The position numbers were made by a program, and so were the translations under genes. The notes beneath the pieces are model-generated. The model had not been told where the DNA came from. It did no database searches and saw nothing but the letters and a program-made list of their open reading frames with translations. This document shows positions 10,082 through 19,307 of a stretch of DNA of 64,000 nt, piece by piece. The number at the start of each line of letters is the position of its first letter. Position 1 is the first letter of the stretch. This stretch comes from Candidatus Moraniibacteriota bacterium (GTDB lineage Bacteria > Patescibacteriota > Minisyncoccia > Moranbacterales > UBA1568): positions 308,151 through 372,150 of the forward strand of contig CAVZUR010000004.1 in the NCBI GenBank assembly GCA_963778555.1, given 5' to 3'.

Positions 10082-10600
10082 CTAGTTTGCGTTCGGCTTC
10101 AGAGGAAGATCGCCAATGAAATCAGCCTTCCCCAACGGAACACCTTGGTTTCGAAGAATGTCATAAGCCGTTGTCGCATGGAAGAAGAAATTCGGGAGAT
10201 AAGACTGATACAACGCGTCATTTCCAAGCAAATACGTATCCGGCACATACGGGAATGGGATATGGCGATCCTCAGCACCATCGAACTTCACCCGATCCAA
10301 AGTCTTGAGATACGCCACCGTCTTCTTAGTCCGCTCGATGAGCTCGGCCATCGTCACCTCAGCGTCCTCCATCTTTGGCGGTTCCTCACCCGCAAGGCGG
10401 GCTGAAATTGCCTTAGCATTGTCGGAAGCGATCTGGACCTGCCGTACAAGTGGAAACATATCTGGCGCAAGCTTGGCCTGGAGCATTGCTTCATCGGTTT
10501 TCTCTTGTTCCATTGCCCAGACTCGTCCCTTTTCCAATATGTTCGCTAAATTTTCAAGCATCTTCACATACACCGGCACCGAGGCATCGTAGAGATTCAT
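10082..10600 (-). CDS. DUF1993 domain-containing protein
   Basis: MNLYDASVPVYVKMLENL...FFFHATTAYDILRNQGVPLGKADF matches the DUF1993 family pattern. Confidence 0.6.
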   Translation of the reverse strand: MNLYDASVPVYVKMLENLANILEKGRVWAMEQEKTDEAMLQAKLAPDMFPLVRQVQIASDNAKAISARLAGEEPPKMEDAEVTMAELIERTKKTVAYLKTLDRVKFDGAEDRHIPFPYVPDTYLLGNDALYQSYLPNFFFHATTAYDILRNQGVPLGKADFIGDLPLKPNAN

Positions 10601-10659
10601 AGAGAAACGATTGATGAATAATAAGTCTTCTTATAGTACCACAGCGCGGACGGTCCGTA

Positions 10660-10700
10660 AATACAAAACACCCTGGTGTTCAAGGGAGCCAGGGTGTTTC
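10660..10700 (-). terminator. rho-independent terminator downstream of the sortase gene
   Basis: A 10-bp stem AACACCCTGG/CCAGGGTGTT with a 13-nt loop, followed on the minus strand by TTTTGTATTT. Confidence 0.7.
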
Positions 10701-10708
10701 AATGATAT

Positions 10709-11749
10709 TTATGAGACGAGTTCGGCTGTGACCACATATCGCTTCAACTGCGTTCCAAGCGGCCAGCACGTGACAAGGGTCAGGGTTGGAGTATCCGAAG
10801 CAGCAAAGATTGCCGGATCATTCGGAGTCACAACGGCATGACTCTTCATCCGATATAGGTACTCAAATGTCTTACCATTCTTCTGCGTGACTCGGAGTAT
10901 GATTTCATCCCCTGCCTTAAGCTTCCCAATCGATCGAAAGACATAATTGTAATCGCTTTTGATCCAGGTGTAGTTGCTGCTGTGACCAGAGAGCACCATG
11001 TTGCCATCCTGTCCCGCTGACGCGGTAGCCGGGTACCGTACTACTCCTCGGGTTAAATCTTCCAGCAATGCTTTATCGGAAACGCTCTCCGAGAGGACAA
11101 TTGGTGCGCTGACATTGATCTTCTTGATAATGATGCGAATCTCAGGCTTGGCCGATCCAGCCTCGGTCGGATCATAGCTATTCTTAACCTCGATGCCATC
11201 TGCATATCCATCGCCATCTGTATCAGCGGTCAACGGCTGGGTGCCATGGAAAAATTCCTGGGTATTTGAAAGACCGTCTTGATCAGGATCGGATGCGGCA
11301 TCCTTCGCTTTCAGATCGAGACCATTTGCCTCCTCCCAATTATCCGAGAGTCCGTCGTTATCCATATCGAGCCGACCCGCGCCAAGCGGACTATAGCCCT
11401 TCTTCACCTCGGAACCATCTGAATAGCCATCATCATCCGTATCGGCATCAGCCGGATCCGTCAGATAACGGTATTCTTCACGGAGTGTCAGTCCGTCACC
11501 ATCAGCATCCGTGAGCACATCCGACTCCTGCTCAACCAAAATGCCGTACCGCTTGAGCCAGAAAGGATCGACACCAAAATAACGCTCTTCAGCCTTTGTG
11601 AGTGCAATATCTAGCTCAGCCGCTTCAGTATTCACGTACGAACCATAGGTGAGCGATACAAAGGACGCACTGAAGACAATGAGCGCAACTACTGATAGCA
11701 TGGTAGTCGATTTCCAACGCATCAAAAGTTCCATAATCAGAGTTATCAT
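10709..11749 (-). CDS. sortase family transpeptidase with an N-terminal TM anchor and a thrombospondin-type-3-like Ca-binding repeat region
   Basis: The C-terminal sortase fold has catalytic His (LSGHSS) and the TLVTCWP motif (TLxTC). The N-terminal half carries DxDxDG Asp-rich repeats ([45 protein letters not shown]). Confidence 0.8.
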   Translation of the reverse strand: MITLIMELLMRWKSTTMLSVVALIVFSASFVSLTYGSYVNTEAAELDIALTKAEERYFGVDPFWLKRYGILVEQESDVLTDADGDGLTLREEYRYLTDPADADTDDDGYSDGSEVKKGYSPLGAGRLDMDNDGLSDNWEEANGLDLKAKDAASDPDQDGLSNTQEFFHGTQPLTADTDGDGYADGIEVKNSYDPTEAGSAKPEIRIIIKKINVSAPIVLSESVSDKALLEDLTRGVVRYPATASAGQDGNMVLSGHSSNYTWIKSDYNYVFRSIGKLKAGDEIILRVTQKNGKTFEYLYRMKSHAVVTPNDPAIFAASDTPTLTLVTCWPLGTQLKRYVVTAELVS

Positions 11750-11761
11750 TTGAAAACTCCC

Positions 11762-11790
11762 AATTATATTCTATTTTGTTGATTTTGTCA
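11762..11790 (-). promoter_or_regulatory. consensus sigma70 promoter (TTGACA-17-TATAAT) immediately upstream of the sortase ATG, leaving a near-leaderless transcript
   Basis: On the minus strand: TTGACA aaatcaacaaaatagaa TATAAT tgggagttttca ATG. Confidence 0.6.
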
Positions 11791-11860
11791 ATACTTATGC
11801 TATAGTTTCCCACAAATAAGCCTTATTTATACAGTATGCGTCTGTAGGATGCCAAGGCAT

Positions 11861-11890
11861 ACAAAAAGAGCCCATCGGGCTCTTTTTGAC
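11861..11890. terminator. rho-independent terminator downstream of the sortase-substrate gene
   Basis: aaaaAGAGCCCatcGGGCTCTtttt; the sequence is symmetric, so it can act in both directions. Confidence 0.7.
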
Positions 11891-11922
11891 TTTAATTCGA
11901 GCTTAGTTAGAAGAAATATGCT

Positions 11923-13047
11923 CTACGCAGCCATTTTTTTCCGGCGCCGAGACAGGATTTTCGCGATAACAGCAAATGCAACAATAGCTGAAATAGCCGA
12001 CATCAGTAGTGCCGCCCAACCCGGTCCAGTCGCCGGCGCCGCGAGTGTCTTATAGCCGAAGTCGGCTTTCTTATGATCCTCTTTTCTCGCGAGACTGACA
12101 CGGGTCATATGGTCTCGTTTTCCGTCCGGATCAAACGTCAGTGTGCGAAACGGTACATCTTCCGACTTCACTACCACCGAATAATTTCCCTCGCAAAGAT
12201 CATCAAATTTGTACTCGCCGCTTCCGTTCGTCCTTTTTTTATCGACGTCATTACCACGGTACAACCAGACACCCACGCCCGAAATTCCCACCTCGCCCGA
12301 ATCTTGAACTCCGTCGCCATTTGTATCGCTCCAGATGAAGTCTCCGATTGATCCATTACAGTCATGGCTTTCCTTTTCTTCTTTAGGCTCATCTTTTGGT
12401 TCATCATCAGTCTTCTTTTCGCTGCCACACGTGGCGCTACAGCCGTCTCCATCTTTCGTATTGCCGTCATCGCAGAATTCCCCCATATCCACCACCTCAT
12501 TGCCGCAACTCTCAAGCCGACACTGAGATGTACAGCCATCCCCGCTTTTGGTATTGCCGTCATCACATGCCTCGCCAGACTCTTTCGTCCCGTTACCGCA
12601 AGCCGCTGGCGCTACTTTATCCGCGCTGCAGGAATCAGCGCTTCCGCCATTCTCACCGGCACAGCTCCAGGTCCAGGGACCCGAGCCGCTCACCGAAGAA
12701 GCCACGCCTGCGGCACAAAGATTGACACCTGGTTTTGAAGACAACGTCTTGCCATCCGATGATCCACAGTCTCCGTTGATCGGAGGAGTGACTGGCGGAG
12801 CCAATTTTTCCGCTTGGCAGGAAGCCGACGAATAGCCAGACTTGCTGCAGGTCCACGTCCACGGACCGCTCCCTGAAACCGTAGAAGACGTACCGACGGA
12901 ACAGAGATTGGAGGTGGGCGCAGAGGCTAATGTCTTACCATTCGAGGAGCCACAGGCAGAATAGGTCGCCTGGGCCACTCCCGAGACGAGAAGTACTGCT
13001 CCGCCTGCGAAGAGAACAATGGCGAGAGCCCGAGAAAATTGCCGCAT
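11923..13047 (-). CDS. cell-surface protein; predicted sortase substrate with a signal peptide, tandem Cys repeats, Cys-rich (CDDGN) repeats, a Cna-B/SdrD-like domain and a C-terminal sorting signal
   Basis: Signal peptide [27 protein letters not shown]. Two ~48-aa repeats (CGSSxGKTL...SGSGPWTW.C). Two GE(A/F)CDDGNTK.GDGC(T/S) repeats. [15 protein letters not shown]...GEYKF fold. The C-terminus is LAAPATG, then a hydrophobic helix, then RRRKK. It is adjacent to the sortase gene. Confidence 0.75.
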   Translation of the reverse strand: MRQFSRALAIVLFAGGAVLLVSGVAQATYSACGSSNGKTLASAPTSNLCSVGTSSTVSGSGPWTWTCSKSGYSSASCQAEKLAPPVTPPINGDCGSSDGKTLSSKPGVNLCAAGVASSVSGSGPWTWSCAGENGGSADSCSADKVAPAACGNGTKESGEACDDGNTKSGDGCTSQCRLESCGNEVVDMGEFCDDGNTKDGDGCSATCGSEKKTDDEPKDEPKEEKESHDCNGSIGDFIWSDTNGDGVQDSGEVGISGVGVWLYRGNDVDKKRTNGSGEYKFDDLCEGNYSVVVKSEDVPFRTLTFDPDGKRDHMTRVSLARKEDHKKADFGYKTLAAPATGPGWAALLMSAISAIVAFAVIAKILSRRRKKMAA

Positions 13048-13078
13048 ATGTTTTTTTATTTTTATTACCCTTTAATCT

Positions 13079-13849
13079 CTAGCGGATCTCGTAGGTCATC
13101 GTGACATTCACCTTTGTCTCGTTTGTTCCAGGCTGGATTGAAGGTGACGGCGCTCCGCCCATGCCACTCGCTGATTTCATACTGTACGCATCACCCTCTC
13201 CGCCGACAGCGAGCATCTGGGGAGACTCATAGAGGGAAACAAGTCGGCCAACATCAAAACCGGCATCCTTGGCAAGTCGCGCTGCCTTAGCCTGTGCTTG
13301 CTCAATCGCCTCTTTTCTCGCATCCGCTTTGGCCGCTTCCTCATCATCGACCGTAAAGGCAACTTGAGAAACACTGTTGCCGCCACTCACTACGGCTCCC
13401 GAGAGAAGCTCACCGATCTTGCCCGTATCCCGTACCGTGACACGGAGCGTCTGTGTCAGCGTGTAGCCATTGATGCTCGGCTGCGGGCAAATCGTTAATC
13501 CAACGCAATTCGGATACTCGTAACGCGGCGAGAGTGTATATTCATCAGTCTTCAGATCTTTTTCGGCGACACCTGCTTCTTTAAGGAAATTTGTAACGGC
13601 ATTCATTTTTTCAGTATTCTTGGCTTGCACCTCGGCGACATTTTTTCCACCATCTGTGACGACTGAGACTGAGAATTTCGCGACATCCGGAACGATATCG
13701 ATACTTCCCTCTCCTTCGACAGAAAAAGTCCGGGTCGGATACACCTTATCAACCGAGCGGGCATACTCGACCGCGGTTAGGAGCGCTGCAATCGCAATCA
13801 AGAGGAGCGAGAGTGATTTGACCGACTGACGTGTTGTTTCTTCAAGCAT
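13079..13849 (-). CDS. SIMPL domain-containing protein (DUF541)
   Basis: A 256-aa ORF with an N-terminal TM/signal segment. The body of the protein has a SIMPL-like two-lobed pattern and a central coiled stretch (EEAAKADARKEAIEQAQAKAARLAKDAG). Confidence 0.65.
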   Translation of the reverse strand: MLEETTRQSVKSLSLLLIAIAALLTAVEYARSVDKVYPTRTFSVEGEGSIDIVPDVAKFSVSVVTDGGKNVAEVQAKNTEKMNAVTNFLKEAGVAEKDLKTDEYTLSPRYEYPNCVGLTICPQPSINGYTLTQTLRVTVRDTGKIGELLSGAVVSGGNSVSQVAFTVDDEEAAKADARKEAIEQAQAKAARLAKDAGFDVGRLVSLYESPQMLAVGGEGDAYSMKSASGMGGAPSPSIQPGTNETKVNVTMTYEIR

Positions 13850-13966
13850 ACAAAAAGACTGCTGGATTAGCTACACTCCCAGTATAGCATTCCAGCCCTA
13901 CTGGAAAAACGCGCTTGTCCAGCCCTTACTCGTGCGGACACTCCTACAGGGAAACCCTCACGTCCC

Positions 13967-14472
13967 CTAGAGGGCCGCTTTCAGTTCAGTGAGTGCCTCA
14001 TTGAAAGCTTTCGTCGTCAGTGACGATCCGCCTACCCGATCAATTGCGGTGATCTCGGAAAGCTTCTTCCCGTTCACTGCTGCCGGGAGCCCTTCAGCGA
14101 ATGCCGCCTGCCGCCTCTTGGAGACATCATGGACGGCGAGGACATCTGTCTTCGCATCCGTGATAGTGCCGGCGCCGTCGACCGCCAGAGTAAACCTCAC
14201 TTCATCTTCACCAGCCGGGTTTTTATAGTTTTTCGTCGCCGAAACCTGCTCTCATCGCTTGGCGCTGAAGCTCGGTGCGACATCGACTGGCTTCCCTACG
14301 ATTCATCCGATTTATCACCGAGGCACGCCTTTATTAGCTGACTATCATTGGTCGTCATCACCGGCTTGCCAGACTCTTCGCTCTTGGAAGGTATCAGGAA
14401 CTTCACGGCCGCGACCATGACTGCCAGGACTGCGACACCGAAGAAGAGTGTACTTTTCTTGAACTGTGCCAT
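13967..14472 (-). pseudogene. disrupted paralogue of the gene at 42630..43058 (N-terminal TM fragment, then an in-frame stop and frame change, then a 77-aa C-terminal fragment)
   Basis: The C-terminal 77 aa (VRFTLAVDG...LSEITAIDRVGGSSLTTKAFNEALTELKAAL) align with the C-terminus of the 42630 ORF (VRFTLTLSPDG...LSELTAVDRIGKSSLTTKAFNSVIDTLKSQI). The N-terminal piece MAQFKKSTLFFGVAVLAVMVAAVKF... ends in a stop in a different frame. Confidence 0.6.
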
Positions 14473-14538
14473 GACATTGAGGGCCTAAAGTATTACGAGT
14501 CTATTATCGCTGGAAATTTGGAGTTCTTCAACCCTCAC

Positions 14539-15762
14539 CTATTCATATCGGAGCGCCTCGATCGGATTCATCTTGGCCGCTCGGGTGGCAGGATAATACC
14601 CGAAAACGATACCGATGGCAGCTGAAACAGCGAACGCCAGGAAGATAGAGTTCAGAGAAATTTCAGCCGCGATGCCGAAAGTGCTCATGAGAAGCGCGAT
14701 GATCCACCCCCAAAAAATACCAAAAAATCCGCCCGTGAACGTCAGTACGACTGCCTCCAGCAAAAATTGTTTTCGGATTTCTTTTCCTCGCGCTCCGATG
14801 GCCTTGCGCAAACCGATCTCTCTCGTTCGTTCAGTGACATTGGTCAGCATCATATTCATGATGCCGATACCTCCAACCACAAGCGAGATACCCGCCACTG
14901 CTCCGAGTAAAGTCGTGAAAGTCGAAGTGATACTCGACGCTGTTTCGACGATATCCGCTTGGTTCATGATGCGAAAATCCGCCTCTGCGCCGGCCTTGAT
15001 CAGATGGGCTGTCCGAAGAATAGCCGTGGCTTGATTTGAAGCTTCGGTCATGTCCGCTCCGTTTTTGATACGGATGTTAATGAGTGAAAGGAATTCATTC
15101 CCTGAAAAAAATTGTTTGGCGGTCTGAAGCGGGACATAGATGAAATCATCGGAACTCCCGAAACCCGTCCCGCCCCGAGGTGCTGCGACGCCGATGACAG
15201 TGAAGTCAGCATTACCGATGCGCACCTTCTTCCCGATGGAAGCCGCATTCTCACCGAACAGCTCGGCGTTCACTTCCGGTCCGAGAACGGCGACTTTGGC
15301 CAGGTTCGACTCCTGCGTCGGCGTAATGAAAGAGCCCTGAGCCAAAGTAATATTCCGTACCGTCGCTTGGTCGGCCGTTACCCCAGAAACACTGGTATTC
15401 GTATTCTTTCCCTGAGTCGTCACTTGTTTGCGACCAGCTGAGATTTCTGGAGCGATTTTTTCGAGTGCGGCCAGATTCTCTTTCAATGAGGTCACATCAG
15501 CCAGCGTCAAAGACTGCGCTGATCCCTGTGCGCCTTGGACCTGGGATCCCGGCCCCTGCTGCGCTCCGGGCCGGACGATGAGCAGATTCGACCCGATGGC
15601 TTGAATATTCGCTTGGATAGCCGTTTGAGCGCCTTGGCCGACCGCGACCATGACGATAACGGACGCGATACCGATAACGATGCCGAGTACCGTCAAGCTC
15701 GAGCGGGCCTTGTTCACAGTCACCGCCGTATAGATTTCCTGCGTCAGATCAGCGAAGAGCAT
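14539..15762 (-). CDS. ABC transporter permease, MacB/FtsX family
   Basis: An N-terminal TM segment, a large periplasmic domain and a C-terminal FtsX four-helix bundle. Start chosen at MLFADLTQEIY; this abuts the upstream ATPase gene. Confidence 0.85.
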   Translation of the reverse strand: MLFADLTQEIYTAVTVNKARSSLTVLGIVIGIASVIVMVAVGQGAQTAIQANIQAIGSNLLIVRPGAQQGPGSQVQGAQGSAQSLTLADVTSLKENLAALEKIAPEISAGRKQVTTQGKNTNTSVSGVTADQATVRNITLAQGSFITPTQESNLAKVAVLGPEVNAELFGENAASIGKKVRIGNADFTVIGVAAPRGGTGFGSSDDFIYVPLQTAKQFFSGNEFLSLINIRIKNGADMTEASNQATAILRTAHLIKAGAEADFRIMNQADIVETASSITSTFTTLLGAVAGISLVVGGIGIMNMMLTNVTERTREIGLRKAIGARGKEIRKQFLLEAVVLTFTGGFFGIFWGWIIALLMSTFGIAAEISLNSIFLAFAVSAAIGIVFGYYPATRAAKMNPIEALRYE

Positions 15763-15766
15763 AGAG

Positions 15767-16471
15767 TTAGCTTCTGACCTTTCTCGAGTTACCCGTCTGC
15801 ACATCGTTCACGAGGGCGCCGTCACGGATCGAAAGAATGCGATCGGCGCGATCGGCCACCTCATCCTCATGCGTGATGAGGACAATCGTATGGCCATATT
15901 CACGATTGAGTCTCTCAAATGTATCAAGCACCAGCGCCCCGGTTTTCGTATCGAGATTGCCCGTCGGCTCATCCGCTAGGATCAGTGAGGGTCGATTGAC
16001 GAGCGCCCGTGCAATGGCAACGCGCTGCATCTGACCACCCGAGAGCTGATTGGTACGATGCTGCCAACGAGACTCGTCCAGCCCGACGGCTCGAAGCGCT
16101 TCCTCAACCCGTCCCGTACGCTCCTCTTTTGATGCCTCCAGGTAGATGAGGGGCAGCATGACATTCCGAAACACGCTCGTCCGAGGCAGCAGATTGAAGG
16201 ATTGGAAGACAAAACCGATTTTCTCCTTTCGCAGCCGAGCGAGTTCATCCTCGGAAAATTTCGAGACATCCGAGCCATCAAAGAGATACGTCCCCGCCGA
16301 GGGAGTGTCAAGCGCGCCCAGGATATGCATGAGCGTCGACTTGCCGCTGCCGCTCGGACCCATGATAGATACGAACTCTCCGTCCTGGACAGTGAAGGAA
16401 ACGTCCTTCAGGACCGTCGTTGTCTGGTCGCCGTTCGTATACGTCTTGGTGATACCGCGACATTCGAGCAT
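15767..16471 (-). CDS. ABC transporter ATP-binding protein (MacB-type ATPase)
   Basis: Walker A (GPSGSGKST), signature ([15 protein letters not shown]), Walker B ([12 protein letters not shown]) and HE (ITHE). Confidence 0.9.
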   Translation of the reverse strand: MLECRGITKTYTNGDQTTTVLKDVSFTVQDGEFVSIMGPSGSGKSTLMHILGALDTPSAGTYLFDGSDVSKFSEDELARLRKEKIGFVFQSFNLLPRTSVFRNVMLPLIYLEASKEERTGRVEEALRAVGLDESRWQHRTNQLSGGQMQRVAIARALVNRPSLILADEPTGNLDTKTGALVLDTFERLNREYGHTIVLITHEDEVADRADRILSIRDGALVNDVQTGNSRKVRS

Positions 16472-16480
16472 ACGGAACGC

Positions 16481-17698
16481 TTAGCGATTGAATCCTCCGC
16501 CACGATTGCCGCCGCCCGCCCCCCTGAAGAGGTTGAGCAGCCCACCCTGACTCTGCTGATTGGCCGACGGATTAGCATTCGCAGTGACACCCGCGCTCCC
16601 CGCTACCAGCACGTTCTCACCCGCATTGAGGCCGCTCAGCACTTCAGTATTCACATTATCAGTAATACCGACCGTAATTTCCTTTTTCTCTCCGCGCGGA
16701 GCCGTACTGTCCTGAGAGTTGGCCTGGTTTTCTTCCACCGTTCCGCTCTTCACCCCATTCCGCCGGTTTGAAGCCGCAATCAACACAAAGGCTTTGCCAT
16801 CTTCATAGATGACGGCCGCATTGGGTACCAGGAGTATCCCGTGCTTTTCTGCGACAGAAATCTCAACCGCCACGCTCATGCCCGGCCGGAGAACCGGCAG
16901 CTGCTCATCCAGTGCGATTTCCGCTCCATAAGAAACGACGCCCTGCGTCGCGACGCCGATCGTATCAAGTTTCGAGATTTTCCCACCGAGCTCGACATTG
17001 GGAAGAGCGTCAAAGGCCAAACTGACGCTATTCCCGACTTTGACCTTGACCGCGTCAACCTCATTAAGCGATATTACCGCCTTCATGCTGGTCGTGATGA
17101 CCGAGGCGAGAATCGCCGTCTGGGAGATCGTGTCTCCGCTATCGACTGACAGACCGGTGACAATTCCATCGAACGGCGCGCGAATAGTATATTCCGCCAA
17201 TTGAGAAAGCGCGTCAGCGAGGTCAATCTCTTGCTGCTTAACCGCGGTTTCCTGAACGCGGCGCGTGAGCGTATCGCCTGTCGTCCTGCCTGGAAAATCC
17301 TCTTTCGTCTGCTGTAGCTTTATTTTTGCCGATTTGAGACTCAGTTCTGCCTGACGGACGTTCCGGACCGCATTTTTGGAATCGAGCGTGGCGATAATCT
17401 GCCCCTTTTTCACTATTTGATCATTTTTCACCGATACCGCCAGCACTTGGATAGCGTCACCCGCCGCAACCGGCTTGAGATCAACTTGGGAGTCGGCCTG
17501 GATCTGGCCGCTGCCGGAAACCATCACCTTCAAATCGCCTTTTTTAACAGTTTCAACCTTCGTTTGCGTCGTCGGAATAGTCGCTGGAGCATCCGGCCGG
17601 AAATACCAATACGCACCGCCGATGGCCGCCATGATGATAAGCACGGATAGCCAATGGCTCCGGACGAATGAGGGGGTTATTGTGTGAATTTTTGACAT
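16481..17698 (-). CDS. efflux transporter periplasmic adaptor subunit (HlyD/MacA family) with a Gly-rich C-terminal tail
   Basis: An N-terminal TM segment, a coiled-coil hairpin, and biotinyl-lipoyl and beta-barrel regions. It heads a three-gene operon with the ATPase and permease. Start at MSKIHTITPS. Confidence 0.8.
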   Translation of the reverse strand: MSKIHTITPSFVRSHWLSVLIIMAAIGGAYWYFRPDAPATIPTTQTKVETVKKGDLKVMVSGSGQIQADSQVDLKPVAAGDAIQVLAVSVKNDQIVKKGQIIATLDSKNAVRNVRQAELSLKSAKIKLQQTKEDFPGRTTGDTLTRRVQETAVKQQEIDLADALSQLAEYTIRAPFDGIVTGLSVDSGDTISQTAILASVITTSMKAVISLNEVDAVKVKVGNSVSLAFDALPNVELGGKISKLDTIGVATQGVVSYGAEIALDEQLPVLRPGMSVAVEISVAEKHGILLVPNAAVIYEDGKAFVLIAASNRRNGVKSGTVEENQANSQDSTAPRGEKKEITVGITDNVNTEVLSGLNAGENVLVAGSAGVTANANPSANQQSQGGLLNLFRGAGGGNRGGGFNR

Positions 17699-17805
17699 TG
17701 TAATTCCACAGTTAGCAGTTAATGCTCGCACAGGAAGTCCAAATGGTCAACCGGAAGGAAAGAAAACCTGCCTCTCTCGGCATCCTCAGCCTGTCCGCTC
17801 GGTAA

Positions 17806-18090
17806 TTAGTTCATCATTCTTCGATCGGGAGATCGTCGTTCGAGAGAGCACCGAGCAATGTATTGAATCTCATGAAACATCTGCTTCACGTCTTCGCTCG
17901 CCGTCTCGTCCGAAACGGCCGGCTGCGACCCTTCAGCCGCGGCTCGTTCTGCTGCTTCGAGAGCCGCGCGTTCCCGCTCCGCAAGTCGGAGTCGCTCATC
18001 CTGAACGATCCAGAACACGACCCCTACTGAGGCTGCAAGAAAAACAACCGATAAACCGATACCAAAAAATCGGGCGAATCGTCCAATCAT
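17806..18090 (-). CDS. hypothetical small membrane protein
   Basis: A 94-aa ORF with one TM helix followed by a charged coiled-coil-like tail. Confidence 0.4.
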   Translation of the reverse strand: MIGRFARFFGIGLSVVFLAASVGVVFWIVQDERLRLAERERAALEAAERAAAEGSQPAVSDETASEDVKQMFHEIQYIARCSLERRSPDRRMMN

Positions 18091-18578
18091 AAGGATTTTT
18101 CATAGGCTGCTTGAAGCGGCACAAAGATACTGGTCCGATAATGTTCCGAAAAGTCACTGACCGATTGGACCACACTCCGGCGGGCACCCTCGCGGAGAGA
18201 GCGCCTCACGTCGGGGACGTCCTGGGATGTGCTCTCATAGACCTGGCGATAGGTATCGTACGCGGAAATCAGTGCCGCCGCCCTTCGATTCGATTCGGTG
18301 AACTGCGCCTCGATTGCCAGCGTATCGATGCCCTTCTCCTTGAGAAAGTTCACCATCGCTTCGGTGCGTTTCGCGAGAGCGACCAAATCGCGCTCCTTCT
18401 TCTCACGCAGGCCAGCCGGCGTATTATTGCTCCGCGCGACTATCGGCGGGAGTCCGGTGAGTGACGGATGGATTGGTCGAAGGAGAAGGGGTTGACGGAG
18501 TCGGAGTTGCTCCACTGGAACCGGAAGAATAACCTGGGTCCCGCTTAATCTCCTCAATTTTTTTGGTGCACTCTTCAT
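18087..18578 (-). CDS. hypothetical protein (its 5' part overlaps the next ORF in another frame, so the true start is probably later)
   Basis: A 163-aa ORF with GC3 bias. The C-terminal ~90 aa look protein-like. Confidence 0.35.
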   Translation of the reverse strand: MKSAPKKLRRLSGTQVILPVPVEQLRLRQPLLLRPIHPSLTGLPPIVARSNNTPAGLREKKERDLVALAKRTEAMVNFLKEKGIDTLAIEAQFTESNRRAAALISAYDTYRQVYESTSQDVPDVRRSLREGARRSVVQSVSDFSEHYRTSIFVPLQAAYEKSL

Positions 18579-18789
18579 CTGAAAAATCAGTGTACTTCTT
18601 GCAGCTAGCGAGGTTCATGTTCTTCTTCGCGAGTATCGTGCAGGTCACATCACTGAAGCCCGTCCGTTTCTTGCACTCGTCGACGACCGACTGAAGCGCC
18701 GTTGCGGCCTGAGTGTGAGCTGAGAAGTACAATGAAAACACAAACGCGGCGATGACGATAAAACCGTTTATAGGAAACCGTTTCCGCAT
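18424..18789 (-). CDS. small secreted Cys-containing protein with a Ser/Thr/Pro-rich tail
   Basis: The signal peptide MRKRFPINGFIVIAAFVFSLYFSAHTQA is followed by a four-Cys domain and then a PTPSTPSPST tail. Confidence 0.4.
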   Translation of the reverse strand: MRKRFPINGFIVIAAFVFSLYFSAHTQAATALQSVVDECKKRTGFSDVTCTILAKKNMNLASCKKYTDFSDEECTKKIEEIKRDPGYSSGSSGATPTPSTPSPSTNPSVTHRTPADSRAEQ

Positions 18790-18882
18790 AGCGAATAGGG
18801 AAGATATACCTCTAGTATAAATCATTTCCGTGGTCTCTGCCGGCCGCATGAACCAGCCCACTGTGCCGCTCCAAACGTTCCA

Positions 18883-19290
18883 TTATATCGTGCCATTGGG
18901 TTTTTTCTGGTCGAGCCATTGCTGCAGGATGATACTGGCCGCTTCCGCATCGTCTTTCCGGTTCACATGCTTTTCGCCGCGGAGAATCAGGGACTGTTGC
19001 GCCAATTTGGTCGTAAACATCTCATCCTGGTATTCGATTCGGACGCCAGCAGTTGTCGCGAGTGTCCGACCAAGAATTTCTCCAGGATAGACCACTGCTT
19101 TCCGATTGACATGAGAGGGGATGCCAATAATAACCATACCGACCCCCTCTTCCTGAATAATTTTGCACAACCGATTGAGAAATCCATCGTCGTTGCGCTC
19201 AGTCAAAAGAGGCACTGCGACGCGCGTTTCCGCATGGGCCAGCGCGATGCCGATATCGTGTTTCCCCCAATCAATGCCGAGAAAATTCAT
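18883..19290 (-). CDS. ruvX: Holliday junction resolvase RuvX (YqgF)
   Basis: MNFLGIDWGKHDIGIALA...MVIIGIP is the YqgF/RuvX signature. The ORF extends upstream into map, so I take the start at MNFLG. Confidence 0.8.
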   Translation of the reverse strand: MNFLGIDWGKHDIGIALAHAETRVAVPLLTERNDDGFLNRLCKIIQEEGVGMVIIGIPSHVNRKAVVYPGEILGRTLATTAGVRIEYQDEMFTTKLAQQSLILRGEKHVNRKDDAEAASIILQQWLDQKKPNGTI

Positions 19291-19307
19291 CGGCTCAGCA
19301 TCATGCG

